Of a stretch of 64,000 nt of DNA, positions 1-13,456 are shown one piece after another. Source of the stretch: an uncultured delta proteobacterium (lineage in GTDB: Bacteria; Myxococcota; Myxococcia; Myxococcales; Anaeromyxobacteraceae); assembly GCA_963766715.1 (NCBI GenBank), contig CAVYBH010000001.1:64001-128000 (forward strand). The letters are read 5' to 3'. A program made the translations under genes and the position numbers. The notes under the pieces were generated by a model. The model searched no databases, was not told where the DNA came from, and was given only the letters and a program-made list of their open reading frames with translations. Each line of letters starts with the position of its first letter. The stretch's first letter is position 1.

Positions 1-3000
1 GAAGGCCCCGGCCCGTTCCGGCGGCAGCGCGCGGGAGGACGGGTTGCCCCCGGCAAAGCGGGCGGCGAGCTCGCAGAGGATGAGGACGTCTCGCGGGGCG
101 AACTTCCCGAGAAGGGCCCAGCCGGCCATCGCCAGGGCGGAGGAGCGGGCCGCCAGGAAGGCGATCGCCCCCGGGGCCATCGAGGCGACGTCGGCGGCCA
201 GCACCAGGGAGGGAGGCCGGGTGTTCTCGAGGGCCGCGTACAGCCCCGGACGCCGGCCGCAGAAGAGGGCCAGCGGACGCCCGGAGAGGGCGCGGGTCGC
301 CGAGTCCAGCGCGCCGTGCAGGGCCGGGGCGGCCGCCGGCGCGACCCGGTCGGCAGGCCCGACGCCGAAGCGCGCCAGGTCGACCGGGAAGAGGGGCTCC
401 AGGTACGGGGAGAGCAGGGAGAGCAGCCGGGCGGTCGGGCCGTCGGCGCCGGGGCAGCGCGATCTGCGAACGGACCGCGGAGTCGATGCCGAAGGCGAGG
501 TCGAGCGGGCGCGGGGCCGGACCGATGCGCTGGGCGAACCGGGCCAGGCCGTCGGCGATGGCGCCCCGCTCGGCGCGCTGCACCCGCTCCCTGGCGTCGG
601 GCTCGCCGGCGGCGAGCTCGCGAGAGAGGATCGCCACGGCCCGGGCAGCCCGGACGTCGGACGGGTGGTCCCGCAGCGAGGCGAGGTGGCTCGCGGCCAG
701 CTCGAGGGCCTGGCCGCGCCGGCTGGCCCGGAGGCTCGAGAGTGCCGCCGCGGTGGCGGGGTCCTCCGGGTCGAGCGCGGAGGCCTTCTCGAGCAGGGAC
801 GCGGCGCGGTCGGCGTCGGAGAGGCGAGCCACCGGCGAAGTCGGCGAGCTCCCGGTAGCGGCTCGGCGGCGGCAGCGGGGTCGGTGGGTGCGATCGCGTC
901 GGCGTAGGCCTCCCCGAGAGAGACCGCCTCCTCGGTGTGGCCGAGCTTCTCCGCCACCCGGGCGAGGCCGATCGTCAGCTCGAGGTGGTCGGGGTCGATC
1001 TCCCGGGCCAGCTTGAGGCGCGCGTAGGCGGCGCCCAGCTCGCCCGAGTCGGCCAGCGCGCGAGCCGAGGCGAGCAGCGGCCGGAGCAGGTCGGCGATGC
1101 TGGGACCCTTCTCCGCGTCGGCCTCCGCTGCGGGCCCGGCGGGGCCGGGAACGGGGGGCGCGTCGCCGGCGCCCGCGCGCGGGCGCTCGGCCCGCGACAG
1201 GAGCGCGGACGCGCGCAGGTCCTCGCCGGCAAGCGCCAGCGCCGAGGCCGCGCGCGCGACCAGCGCCGCCACCTGGGGATCGTCGCCGCCTCCCTCGTCG
1301 AGCCGGAGGACGGCCAGGCTCTCGAGCAGCACGACGGCGTCGTCGCCCCGATCGTCGAGCGACGCGGCCACCTGGACCCCCGTCTCGAGCGAGCGGCGCC
1401 GGTCGATCGGACGCCCCTGGGAGGCGGCGAGCTCGGCGGCGCGACGGGCGGCCGCGAGCGCACCCGGGAGGTCGCCCTCGGCGGCGCGCGCCTCGGCGAG
1501 GCCGGCGACGGCGGCCGCGTCGGCCGGGTCGGCGGCCAGGCAGGACTCGTAGGCGCGGGCAGCAGGCCCCGGGCGGCCGGCGGAGAAGAGGAGGTCGGCG
1601 CGGGTGCGGTGGCAGGCTGCCGCCTCGGCCGGCACCTCGGCGGCGCGCAGGGACAGGATGGCGTCGGTGGCGTCGACGTCCCCCGAGGCATCGGCCAGCG
1701 CGCTCCGGAAGGCGTTCTCGTCGACGGGCCAGGCCACGAACGTGGCGCGCGTGGCCTCGCGGAGCCCGGTCGGCGTCGCCCGCCTCCGCGAAGGCGGCGG
1801 CGGCCTCCCGGAGGTGTCCTGCGCGAACCGGGCCGGGTGGCGTCTCGTCGGCGATGGCGAGGAAGGCCTCGGCCCTGGCCAGCGGATCGGCGCCCAGGGC
1901 CTTGCCGACGCGCGCGGGCCGCCGCGCCGTCGAACGGATCGGAGCGGCAGAGGGCGAGCAGGTACGGTGCGCTCTCTTCCCCGCGCCCCAGCGCGGAGAG
2001 GCGCGCCGCCGCCTCGAGGAGCGGGGCACGCCCCGGCGGCGGCTCCGCCAGGACGGCGAGCAGCGCCGGGACCGCGAGCGCGCGGGTGGCGCTCGTCCTC
2101 GGCGTCGGTGAGCACCTCGGCGGCGCGCAGCCGCAGGCGGGCCCGCGCGTCGGGGTCGGGCTCGCGGGCCGAGCGGTCGAGCAGCGTGCGCCCCAGCTCG
2201 GCGAAGCGCCCGGTGGTGGCGAGGAGCCGGTCGAGCTCGGACTCGGCCGACGGGTCGCCGGGAGCGGCGTCGAGCGCGTCCCGGAGCGCCCGGAGCGCGC
2301 CAGGGGAATCCGCCAGGGGGCCGCGCAGGACCCGGGAGAGCGCCACGAGCGCCTCGGCGCGCGCCGGGCCCTCGGTCCGTCCGGCTCGGGCGGCGAGGAC
2401 CTCCGCGAGCAAGGGGGCTCCCGAGTCGCCGCGGGTCAGCGCGATCGACTCCAGCTCGCCCCACGCGCCGGCGTCGCCGGGGTCGCGCGCAGAGGGCGCG
2501 ACGGAGGACCTGCTCGGCCGAGGGCGCGTCGCCGGTGTCGAGGAGCGCACGGGCCGCCCGGCGTGCCAGCGCGCTCGCGCGTGCGAGGTCGCCGCGCGCG
2601 GCGGCCGCCGACTCGAGCGCCTCGAGAGCGGAGAGGGCGCGCTCCGGGTGGCCGGCCCGCTGCGCCAGGTCGGCCGCTTCCTCGCGGAGCGCGGCGGCGC
2701 CTGCGGAGTCGCCGGCCGCGTCGAGCGCAGGGGCCGACCGCGAGCAGGGCGGCGAGGAGATCCTCGGCCGACGCGCCGTCCGCGCCCGGAGCGGCGAGAG
2801 AGGCGCGCGCGGAGGCCAGGCGGGCCAGCGCCACCTCGAGCTCTGCGGCCGGCAGGCCGGCGGCTGCCTCCTGCGCCCGGCGAAGCAGGTCCCGCTCCCG
2901 CGCCGGGTCGCGGGCCTCGGAGCGGGCCGCGGCGGCCGCGCGGGACAGGAGCCGGGCCCGGCGACGGCGGGAGCGCAGCCGGTCGGCGTCGCCGGCGAGC

Positions 3001-4487
3001 CGCTCCAGCGCGCGGGCCCGGTCGGGATCGACGCGGAACCGCCACTCGACGATCTCGGCGTCGTGAGGGCGCAGCTCGAGGAGCCGGTCGAGCGAGCTCA
3101 AGGCGAGGGCGTGGTGACCGGCCTCCTCCGCCAGCTCGGCGAGCGCCGCCAGGCGATCGGCCTCCACGGCGGGGTCGAGGCGGGTCTCGCCCGGGGCGAG
3201 CAGCGCCTCGTGCAGCGCGAGCGCCTCCCGGACCGAGCCTCCGGCGTGGAGGAGCTCGGCGAGCATCTGGCCGGCGAAGTGGAGGTCGCCCGACCGCTCG
3301 TGCGCCCGCCGGGCCGCCCGGAGCGCGGTGGCGAGGTCGCCCTGCTCGCGGGCCCGCTCCGCGGCATCGCGGAAGGCCGTCGCGGCGGCGACCGCCTCCG
3401 TGCAGCGGCCGGCGAAGGTCTCGAGCGGCTCGCCCCAGGGGAGGGTCGACACGGGCGGCGGCGCGCCTCGCCGGAGCGCCACGTGCTCGTCGGCCAGCGC
3501 GCGGTCGGGAGGCAGGCGGGAGAGCGCCTCGGTGAAGGCGGTGTCGGCCTCGGGGAACCGGCGGGCCGTGGCGAGCAGGCGGGCCCGATCGAGCAGCCGG
3601 GAGCCGGCGCCGGCGGGATCCAGGACGGCGACGCGGTCGAGGAGATCGACCACCGCCGGGACGTCTCCCGCGCGGCGGGCGATGGCGAGGCAGGCCTCGG
3701 TGGCCGCGAGGTCGCGGGGTGCGAGCGTCCGGGCCTCCTCGGCGTGGACGCGCGCCGACGCGGCGTCCTCGGCGGCGAGCTCCAGCTCCGAGAGGCGGAG
3801 CAGCAGCGCGGGGCGCTGGCCGGTGGGTGCGGCCGGGATGAGCCCGGCGAGCGCACGCCGCTCGGCGGCAGGATCGGCGTGCTCGCGGGCGATGCCGACG
3901 AGCGCCGCCCAGGCGTCGCGGGCCTCGTCCCGCCCCAGGCCGAGCTCGAGCGCGGTGCGGAGCGCCGCCTCGCCCTCGACCGGGAGGCCGGAGACGAGCG
4001 CGGCCTGTCCGGCCAGCGCGAACCGCAGCGGCGCGTCCGGGTCGCCGCGCCTCCGCGCGTCCTCGGCGGCCTCGAGCAGTTCCAGCGCCTCGGCGCCGGG
4101 GCGCTGCCAGAGGGCGCGGCGTGCGGCTCCGTCGCCGCGAACCGCGTGGCGGAGCCCCGAGAGATCCGGAGCGGGCCATCCCAGGGGCAACAGCGCGGCG
4201 CCCACGAGCGACTCGAGCGCGTCGGGCCCGGGCAGCGCCTGGTCCGGGCCCGCGCCCACCTCGAGGCGCAGGAGCGAGCAGGGCAGCGGCCGGAACTGCG
4301 AGGTGCCGCCGCCCGCGTCGAAGGCCGCCGGGGCGCCGTGGACCTCCATCTCCAGGTCGACGGCGACGAGCCCGTTCGGGAGCGTCGCCTTCGTCAGGCC
4401 GACGCGAACTCGCCCGCGCGCGAGCCGGAGCTCGAGGCGGGCGGTGCGGGGGGCATGGCCCCGATCGGGTATGGAGGTCTCCGGCAC
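1..4487 (-). CDS. Giant TPR-like alpha-helical protein, myxobacterial type (3' end beyond window; several apparent frameshifts)
   Basis: ORF 2436..4487 gives Ala/Leu/Arg-rich helical repeats. Coding-like frames continue on the minus strand to position 1 (…DVLILCELAARFAGGNPSSRALPPERAGAF). TAGGAT lies 9 nt before the GTG. Confidence 0.6.
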
Positions 4488-4534
4488 GGAGGCGGAATCC
4501 TATCGTGGATCGCGCCAGCGCGGGGAGCCGCTCG

Positions 4535-7742
<3,208 letters not shown>

Positions 7743-7788
7743 CTGGGGGCGAATCCTCGGCAAGTCGAAAAAAGCCGACCTTTTCAGG

Positions 7789-7817
7789 AGGATAGGGTCA
7801 GTGGTGCGGGGGTGCAA
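7789..7817 (-). promoter_or_regulatory. Sigma70-type promoter for the S41 peptidase
   Basis: Minus strand TTGCAC (7817-7812), 17 nt, TATCCT (7794-7789). Confidence 0.55.
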
Positions 7818-7970
7818 GGAGATCGTCCTCCGGATCGCGGGGCGGGCCTTCGAGGTGGATGGGTAACGGGTCCGGAGGAAGGGCCATTCCCCTCCGCGAG
7901 CGCGTACCCGAAGGGCCCGATGCCTTCGCCGCGGTGGCGCCTCCGGTCCCCCGACAGTACAGTGCCGCGC

Positions 7971-9338
7971 ATGTCGCTCGACCGGAGCATCACCGAGAGC
8001 CCCCCGGTGCGAGGCGTGGCCGACCTCGTCGCCTGGTTCCGCGAGCGCGAGCATCCCGTCGGCACCTGGAAGGTGGGCATCGAGTACGAGACCCTGCCCC
8101 AGGTGGCGGGGACCCTCGATCCGGTGCCGTACGAGGGTCCGCGGGGCATCGAGGCCGTGCTGCGCGCCTATTCCCGCTGGGGCTACGTGCCCTTCGAGGA
8201 GAACGGGCGAGCCATCGCCGCGCAGAAGGGCGGGCTGACCGTCTCCATCGAGCCCGGAGGCCAGGTCGAGCTGTCCGGGCGCCCGTTCCAGGACGTCCAC
8301 GCCGTCGCCGAGGAGCTGGACCGGCACCTGGAGATCGGCCGGGCCATCGGCTCGGAGCTGGGGATCGAGTTCCTGGCGAGCGGCTACCGCCCGTGGGGAT
8401 CGCCGGCGACGGCCCGCTGGGTCCCGAAGGAGCGGTACGCCGTGATGAGGCCGTTCCTCGCCGCCCGGGGGCGGCTGGGGCCGGACATGATGTCCATGAC
8501 CGCGTCGGCGCAGGCCTCCTTCGACTTCGCCAGCGAGCGGGACGCGGCGGAGAAGCTGCGGGTCGCGCTCGCCGCCCAGCCGGCCATCGTGGCGCTGTGC
8601 GCCAACTCGCCGGTGGTGGCCGGCGCCGAGTCGGGCTGGCAGAGCTACCGGACCGAGGTCTGGAACCACACCGACCCGGCCCGCTGCGGGATCCTGCCCT
8701 TCGCCTTCGAGCCCGGCTTCGAGGAGGACGCCTACCGGCGCTACGTCGAGTGGATCCTCGACGTGCCCATGGTCTTCCTGCGGCGCGGGGGCCGGTACCT
8801 GGACACCCGCGGCTTCACCTTCCGCCGCTACCTGGCCGAGGGGCTCGAGGGACACCACGCCACGCTCGCCGACTGGGAGGACCAGCTCTCGGTGGTCTTC
8901 CCCGAGGTGCGCATGAAGGGGGTCATCGAGGTCCGGGGGTCGGACGCGGTTCCTCCACCCATGGTGAAGGGGCTGGCCGCCTTCTGGAAGGGGCTGCTCT
9001 ACTCCCGGGAGTCGCGCGACTGGGCCTGGGACCTGGTCCGCCGCTACCCGCTCGAGACCCGCCGCGCGCTGCGCGACGCCGCCGGACGCGAGGGGCTGCG
9101 GGCGCGCGCGCCGGACGGGCGCACGCTCGCCGAGCTCGCGACCGACCTGCTCGAGGCGGCCTCGCTGGGCCTGTGCCGGCAAGGGGCCTGCGGGCAGAAG
9201 GGCGACGACGAGCGCGTCTGGCTCGAGCCCCTCCTCGAGCGGGCGCGCGCGGCGCGGAGCCCGGCCGACGACGCGCTCGAGGCCTTCCGCCGCGGCGGGG
9301 ACGCGGCGCTCTCCGCCCAGCTGCGCATCGCCGGCTAG
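7971..9338 (+). CDS. gshA: Glutamate--cysteine ligase (GCS2/plant-like)
   Basis: Motifs GIEYE, SIEPGGQVELSG, PKERYAVM, ALCANSP, FPEVRMKGVIEVRGSD. ATG at 7971 is in frame with ORF 5097..9338. Confidence 0.88.
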   Translation: MSLDRSITESPPVRGVADLVAWFREREHPVGTWKVGIEYETLPQVAGTLDPVPYEGPRGIEAVLRAYSRWGYVPFEENGRAIAAQKGGLTVSIEPGGQVELSGRPFQDVHAVAEELDRHLEIGRAIGSELGIEFLASGYRPWGSPATARWVPKERYAVMRPFLAARGRLGPDMMSMTASAQASFDFASERDAAEKLRVALAAQPAIVALCANSPVVAGAESGWQSYRTEVWNHTDPARCGILPFAFEPGFEEDAYRRYVEWILDVPMVFLRRGGRYLDTRGFTFRRYLAEGLEGHHATLADWEDQLSVVFPEVRMKGVIEVRGSDAVPPPMVKGLAAFWKGLLYSRESRDWAWDLVRRYPLETRRALRDAAGREGLRARAPDGRTLAELATDLLEAASLGLCRQGACGQKGDDERVWLEPLLERARAARSPADDALEAFRRGGDAALSAQLRIAG

Positions 9339-9447
9339 GTCCGCCCGTGACCGGTGGAAAACGTCCGGGTTCGCGTGGGAAGATGGCCCGTCTGAGAGGC
9401 CAGCCCCCAAAGAAGGGACCGGGAGCCGCCCGGCGTCCTCGCTCGCC

Positions 9448-11499
9448 GTGCCGCGCGCGGGGCCGCTCGGCGAGATCGGCGCCGACGCGCCCTTCGGCAT
9501 CGTCGTCGCCGACGACGCCCTCCGCTGCACCTCCGCCAACGCCACCTTCGCCTCCCTGGTCGGCGCCGACCTGGCGACGACCGAGGGTCGCGCGCTCGCC
9601 GACCTGCTCCCGGGGGCCTCCCCGGCGCTGCTCGAGGCGGCGCGCGGGGTGCTCGCCGACGGAAGGCCCCGGTTCCGCATCCCGGTGGTCCTGGAGGTAT
9701 CCGGGCAGACGCGCCGCGCCGACTTCACGCTCTACCGGACCGACGCGGCGGCCGACGGACCCCGGGTGGTCGGGCTGGCCCGGGACCTCGGCGCCCTGCC
9801 GGAGGCCGGCCAGGCCGAGCGATCGGCCCGGCTGCGCCCCGAGGCGGTGGCCGAGCGGCTGGCCAAGCTGCAGGAGGTCACGGCCGCGCTCTCGGCGGCG
9901 GTGACCGAGGAGGAGGTCGCGCGAGCGGTCCTGGGCACCGGCCTCCACGTGCTCGGCGCCAGCGGCGGGAGCCTCTGCTTCCCGGAGGCTGGCGTCCTGG
10001 AGGTGACCCACTCGGCCGGCTCGATGGACTCCGGAGGGGAGGGGGGCACGCCCGGCGCGCTCCGTGCGCCTCTCGAGGAGGCCTTCCTCCGCGAGGAGCC
10101 GGTCTGGATCGCCTCCTCGGCGGAGCTGCGAAACCGGTACCCGGCGCTGGTTCCGGCCGGGGCCACGGTGGGCGACGCCTCCTGGGCCGCGCTGCCGCTC
10201 CGGGTCCGGGGACGGCCCATCGGCGCGCTCGGGATCGGCTTCGCCGGCGCCCACCGGTTCGACGAGGAGGAGCGGGGCTTCCTCGAGGCGCTGGCCCACC
10301 AGTGCGCCCAGGCCATCGACCGCGCCCGGCTCTACGAGACGCAGCGGGAGCTCCGCGCCCAGGCCGAGGACGCGGCCGAGACCCGGGACCTCCTGGTCCG
10401 GGAGCTGCGCCGGACGCTCCGCGAGCGCGACGAGTCGGCCGCCCTCCTCGACGCACTGTTCGTGAATGCCCCGGTGGGGATGGCGCTCCTCGACCGGGAC
10501 ATGCGCTACGTGCGCATGAACGACTGCCTGGCCGCGCTGCACGAGGCGCCGGCCCAGACGCTGCTCGGCCGCACGCTCTGGGAGGTGCTGCCGCCCATCG
10601 CGCGGGACGACCTGATCCGCGACTTCCAGAAGGTCGTGGACGGGGTCCTCTCGCTCGTCGAGCGCACCGTGACCGCGCCTCCCCGGGTGCCGGGCGACCG
10701 GCAGCGGACCTTCGTCATCACCTGGTACCCCGTGAGCGTGGCCGGGCGGCTCATCGGGGTCGGCTCGCTCGTGCAGGAGGTGACCGAGCAGCGCGTCGCC
10801 GACGAGTCCCGCCGCCACCTGCTGGGCGTGGTCGGGCACGACCTGCGCAGCCCGCTCATGGCCATCACCGCCTCGGCCGAGCTCCTGCAGGCCGGGCCGC
10901 TCGACGACCGGGCCGCGCGATCGGTGGGGCGCATCCTCCGGGCCTCCGGGCGCATCGACGGCATCATCCGGGCGCTCGTCGACTACACGCTGGTCCAGGG
11001 CGGGCCGGGCGTCTCCTTGCAGTCCCGCCGGCTCGACCTGTCGGCGCTGGCTCGATCGGTGGCCGAGGAGTGCGAGGCGGCCCACGCCGGCCGCGAGGTC
11101 CGGGTCACGGCGCCGGAGCCGATCCAGGGGGAGTGGGACGGGGACCGGATCGGGCAGGCGATCGCCAACCTGGTCAACAACGCGCTCCAGTACAGCCCGG
11201 ACGGCACGCCGGTCGAGGTGGCCTGCTGGGCCGAGGCCGCGGAGGCGCTGGTCGAGATCACGAACGCCGGCGCGCCCATCCCGGCCGAGCTCGTGCCGCA
11301 TCTCTTCGAGCCCTTCCGGCGCGGCACCGACGAGCGCACCCAGCGGCGCAAGGGGCTCGGTCTCGGGCTCTACATCGCGGTCCAGATCGCCGCCGCGCAC
11401 GGCGGCACGATCCGGGTGCGGTCCGACGAGTCCCGCGGCACCAGCTTCACGGTGCGGCTGCCGCGCGCGCTCAGCCGTGCGAGTGGCCGAACGCCCTGA
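9448..11499 (+). CDS. PAS/GAF/PAS sensor histidine kinase (orphan)
   Basis: H-box VGHDLRSPL, N-box NLVNNALQYS, FEPF and GLGLGL boxes; PAS and GAF segments upstream. Start uncertain. Confidence 0.9.
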   Translation: MPRAGPLGEIGADAPFGIVVADDALRCTSANATFASLVGADLATTEGRALADLLPGASPALLEAARGVLADGRPRFRIPVVLEVSGQTRRADFTLYRTDAAADGPRVVGLARDLGALPEAGQAERSARLRPEAVAERLAKLQEVTAALSAAVTEEEVARAVLGTGLHVLGASGGSLCFPEAGVLEVTHSAGSMDSGGEGGTPGALRAPLEEAFLREEPVWIASSAELRNRYPALVPAGATVGDASWAALPLRVRGRPIGALGIGFAGAHRFDEEERGFLEALAHQCAQAIDRARLYETQRELRAQAEDAAETRDLLVRELRRTLRERDESAALLDALFVNAPVGMALLDRDMRYVRMNDCLAALHEAPAQTLLGRTLWEVLPPIARDDLIRDFQKVVDGVLSLVERTVTAPPRVPGDRQRTFVITWYPVSVAGRLIGVGSLVQEVTEQRVADESRRHLLGVVGHDLRSPLMAITASAELLQAGPLDDRAARSVGRILRASGRIDGIIRALVDYTLVQGGPGVSLQSRRLDLSALARSVAEECEAAHAGREVRVTAPEPIQGEWDGDRIGQAIANLVNNALQYSPDGTPVEVACWAEAAEALVEITNAGAPIPAELVPHLFEPFRRGTDERTQRRKGLGLGLYIAVQIAAAHGGTIRVRSDESRGTSFTVRLPRALSRASGRTP

Positions 11500-12295
11500 G
11501 CGCCCACATGGCGGCCAGGCCGCCCAGGAGCGCCAGCGAGATCTTCCAGCGATTCCCCCCGCGGCGGTGCAGGTCGGGGAGGATGTCGGAGAGCGAGAGC
11601 TGCAGGAAGGAGCCGGCGCTCGCGGCCAGCGCGACGGCGGTGAACCGCTGGACGTGGACCACCCGGTCGAGGACCACGAAGATGAGCGCGCCGAGCGGGA
11701 CCATGAGCGCGAAGCTGGCGTTCAGGAGCAGCGCCTGGCGGCGGCCGTAGCCCTCGGCGCGCAGGATGGCGGTGAGCGAGACCGACGACGGGATCTTGTG
11801 CGCCAGGATGGCCACGAAGACGAGCAGCCCCAGCGCCGGGTCGCTCTGCGCGGCGCCCAGGGCGAAGCCGTCGACCAGCGTGTGGAGCGAGAGCCCCACG
11901 AACGCGGCCAGCCCGAGGGTGTGGACGTCGCAGCCGGTGGCCTCGTGGGCGTGGTCGTGGCCGGCGTGCTCGCGGACGCCATGGGGCGGCGGGGCCGGGT
12001 GGCCGAGCAGCCGGTCGGACGGCCCCGGCTCGGCGCAGACGTGGACCAGGACGAAGCGCTCGAGCAGGAAGAGGAAGAGGAACCCGGCCACCGTCCACGG
12101 GATGACGTCGGGACCGCCCAGGTGGACCGCCTCCGGGAGCATGTGGAAGAAGGCGGCGCCGAGCATGACGCCGGCCGAGAAGGAGAGCAGGGCGTCGTTG
12201 CGGGCGCGCCGCCCGATGAGCGGGAGCGCGCCCCCGGCCAGGGAACCGGCCAGGATGGCGCCCGAGTAGGCGGCGAGCGTCAGGGACTCGGTCAC
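11471..12295 (-). CDS. ZIP family metal transporter
   Basis: SFSAGVMLGAAFFHMLPEA, His-rich loop HAGHDHAH, LHTLVDG, AILAHKIP. Confidence 0.9.
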   Translation of the reverse strand: MTESLTLAAYSGAILAGSLAGGALPLIGRRARNDALLSFSAGVMLGAAFFHMLPEAVHLGGPDVIPWTVAGFLFLFLLERFVLVHVCAEPGPSDRLLGHPAPPPHGVREHAGHDHAHEATGCDVHTLGLAAFVGLSLHTLVDGFALGAAQSDPALGLLVFVAILAHKIPSSVSLTAILRAEGYGRRQALLLNASFALMVPLGALIFVVLDRVVHVQRFTAVALAASAGSFLQLSLSDILPDLHRRGGNRWKISLALLGGLAAMWALRAFGHSHG

Positions 12296-12302
12296 GGGTG
12301 GC

Positions 12303-13349
12303 TCACTCGGAGATGGCCTCTCGGGCTGCGAGGGACGGGTCGAACTCGAACGGGGCGCCGGGCGGGAAGTGGCGGGCGAGCAGCGCCTGGACGCCCGGGG
12401 AATCGGCAGCGGCGACGGCGTCCCGGCGGAAGTGGACGCCGCCCTTCAGACCGCGGGTGTACCAGAGCAGGTGCTTGCGGAGCTCCCGGACGGCGTGCGA
12501 CTCCGACGCGGCCGGATCCTCCCCGTCGTGGAGCCGGATCCGGTGCTCGATCTGGAGCCGGACGTGGCGCATGACGACGTCGATCCACTCCTCGCGCGAG
12601 GGGGAGCCAGGCATCGCCTCTCCCCGCTCGGCGGCCCGCAGGTCGCGGAAGATCCAGGGATTGCCGCAGGCGCCGCGGGCCACGAGCACCGCGTCGCAGC
12701 CGGTCTCGGCGCGCATGCGCAGCGCGTCCGAGGCCGACCAGACGTCGCCCGAGCCCAGCACCGGGATGGAGATCGCCTCCTTCACGGCGCGGATGAGCGA
12801 CCAGTCGGCGCGACCGGCGTAGCCCTGCGAGCGGGTGCGCCCGTGGAGGGCCACCGCGGAGGCGCCACCGGCCTCGGCGGCGCGCGCGACGTCGACGCAG
12901 TTCACCGTCGAGTCGTCCCAGCCGGCCCGGATCTTGATGGTGACCGGGACGCCCACCGCGCGGGTCACCTCGCGGACCGCGGCCTCGACCGCGGCCGGCT
13001 CCCGGGCCAGCGCCGCTCCCGCGCCGGTGCCACAGACCTTCCGGACCGGGCAGGCCATGTTGATGTCGACGATGCCGGCGCCGGCCGCCACCGCCGCCGC
13101 CGCGCCCCGGGCCAGCACGTCCGCCTCGGCCGCGAAGATCTGCACGGCGAAGGGCACCTCGGCCGGGTCGCGATCGAGGTAGGAGAGCGTCTGTGACGTT
13201 CCGTGAATGAGGCCGTGGGCGCTCACCATCTCGGTGTACGCGAAGGCCGCCCCCATGTCCCGGCAGATGGCGCGGAACGGGCGGTCGGAGACGCCGGCGA
13301 GCGGCGCCAGGAAGAAGCGTCCGGAGAAGGTATGGGAGCCGATGTGCAT
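12303..13349 (-). CDS. dusB: tRNA-dihydrouridine synthase B
   Basis: LAPLAGVSD, YTEMVS, DINMACP, KIRAGW, HGRTR, GNPWIF. Confidence 0.9.
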   Translation of the reverse strand: MHIGSHTFSGRFFLAPLAGVSDRPFRAICRDMGAAFAYTEMVSAHGLIHGTSQTLSYLDRDPAEVPFAVQIFAAEADVLARGAAAAVAAGAGIVDINMACPVRKVCGTGAGAALAREPAAVEAAVREVTRAVGVPVTIKIRAGWDDSTVNCVDVARAAEAGGASAVALHGRTRSQGYAGRADWSLIRAVKEAISIPVLGSGDVWSASDALRMRAETGCDAVLVARGACGNPWIFRDLRAAERGEAMPGSPSREEWIDVVMRHVRLQIEHRIRLHDGEDPAASESHAVRELRKHLLWYTRGLKGGVHFRRDAVAAADSPGVQALLARHFPPGAPFEFDPSLAAREAISE

Positions 13350-13456
13350 CGGGGGCCGCCGGGGAGGCGGGAACGCCTCCTCCTAGCACGAAGGGAGCGC
13401 CGCCGCACGGCGCCCCGGGCGCGCCCGGCGGGGGCGTGCTAGATCCTCGGGCCCGG

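Noticed and set aside
7866..7886. SRP RNA-like GGTCCGGAGGAAG
   Set aside because: Lacks the conserved CAGG…GGAAGGAAGCAG helix-8 pattern.
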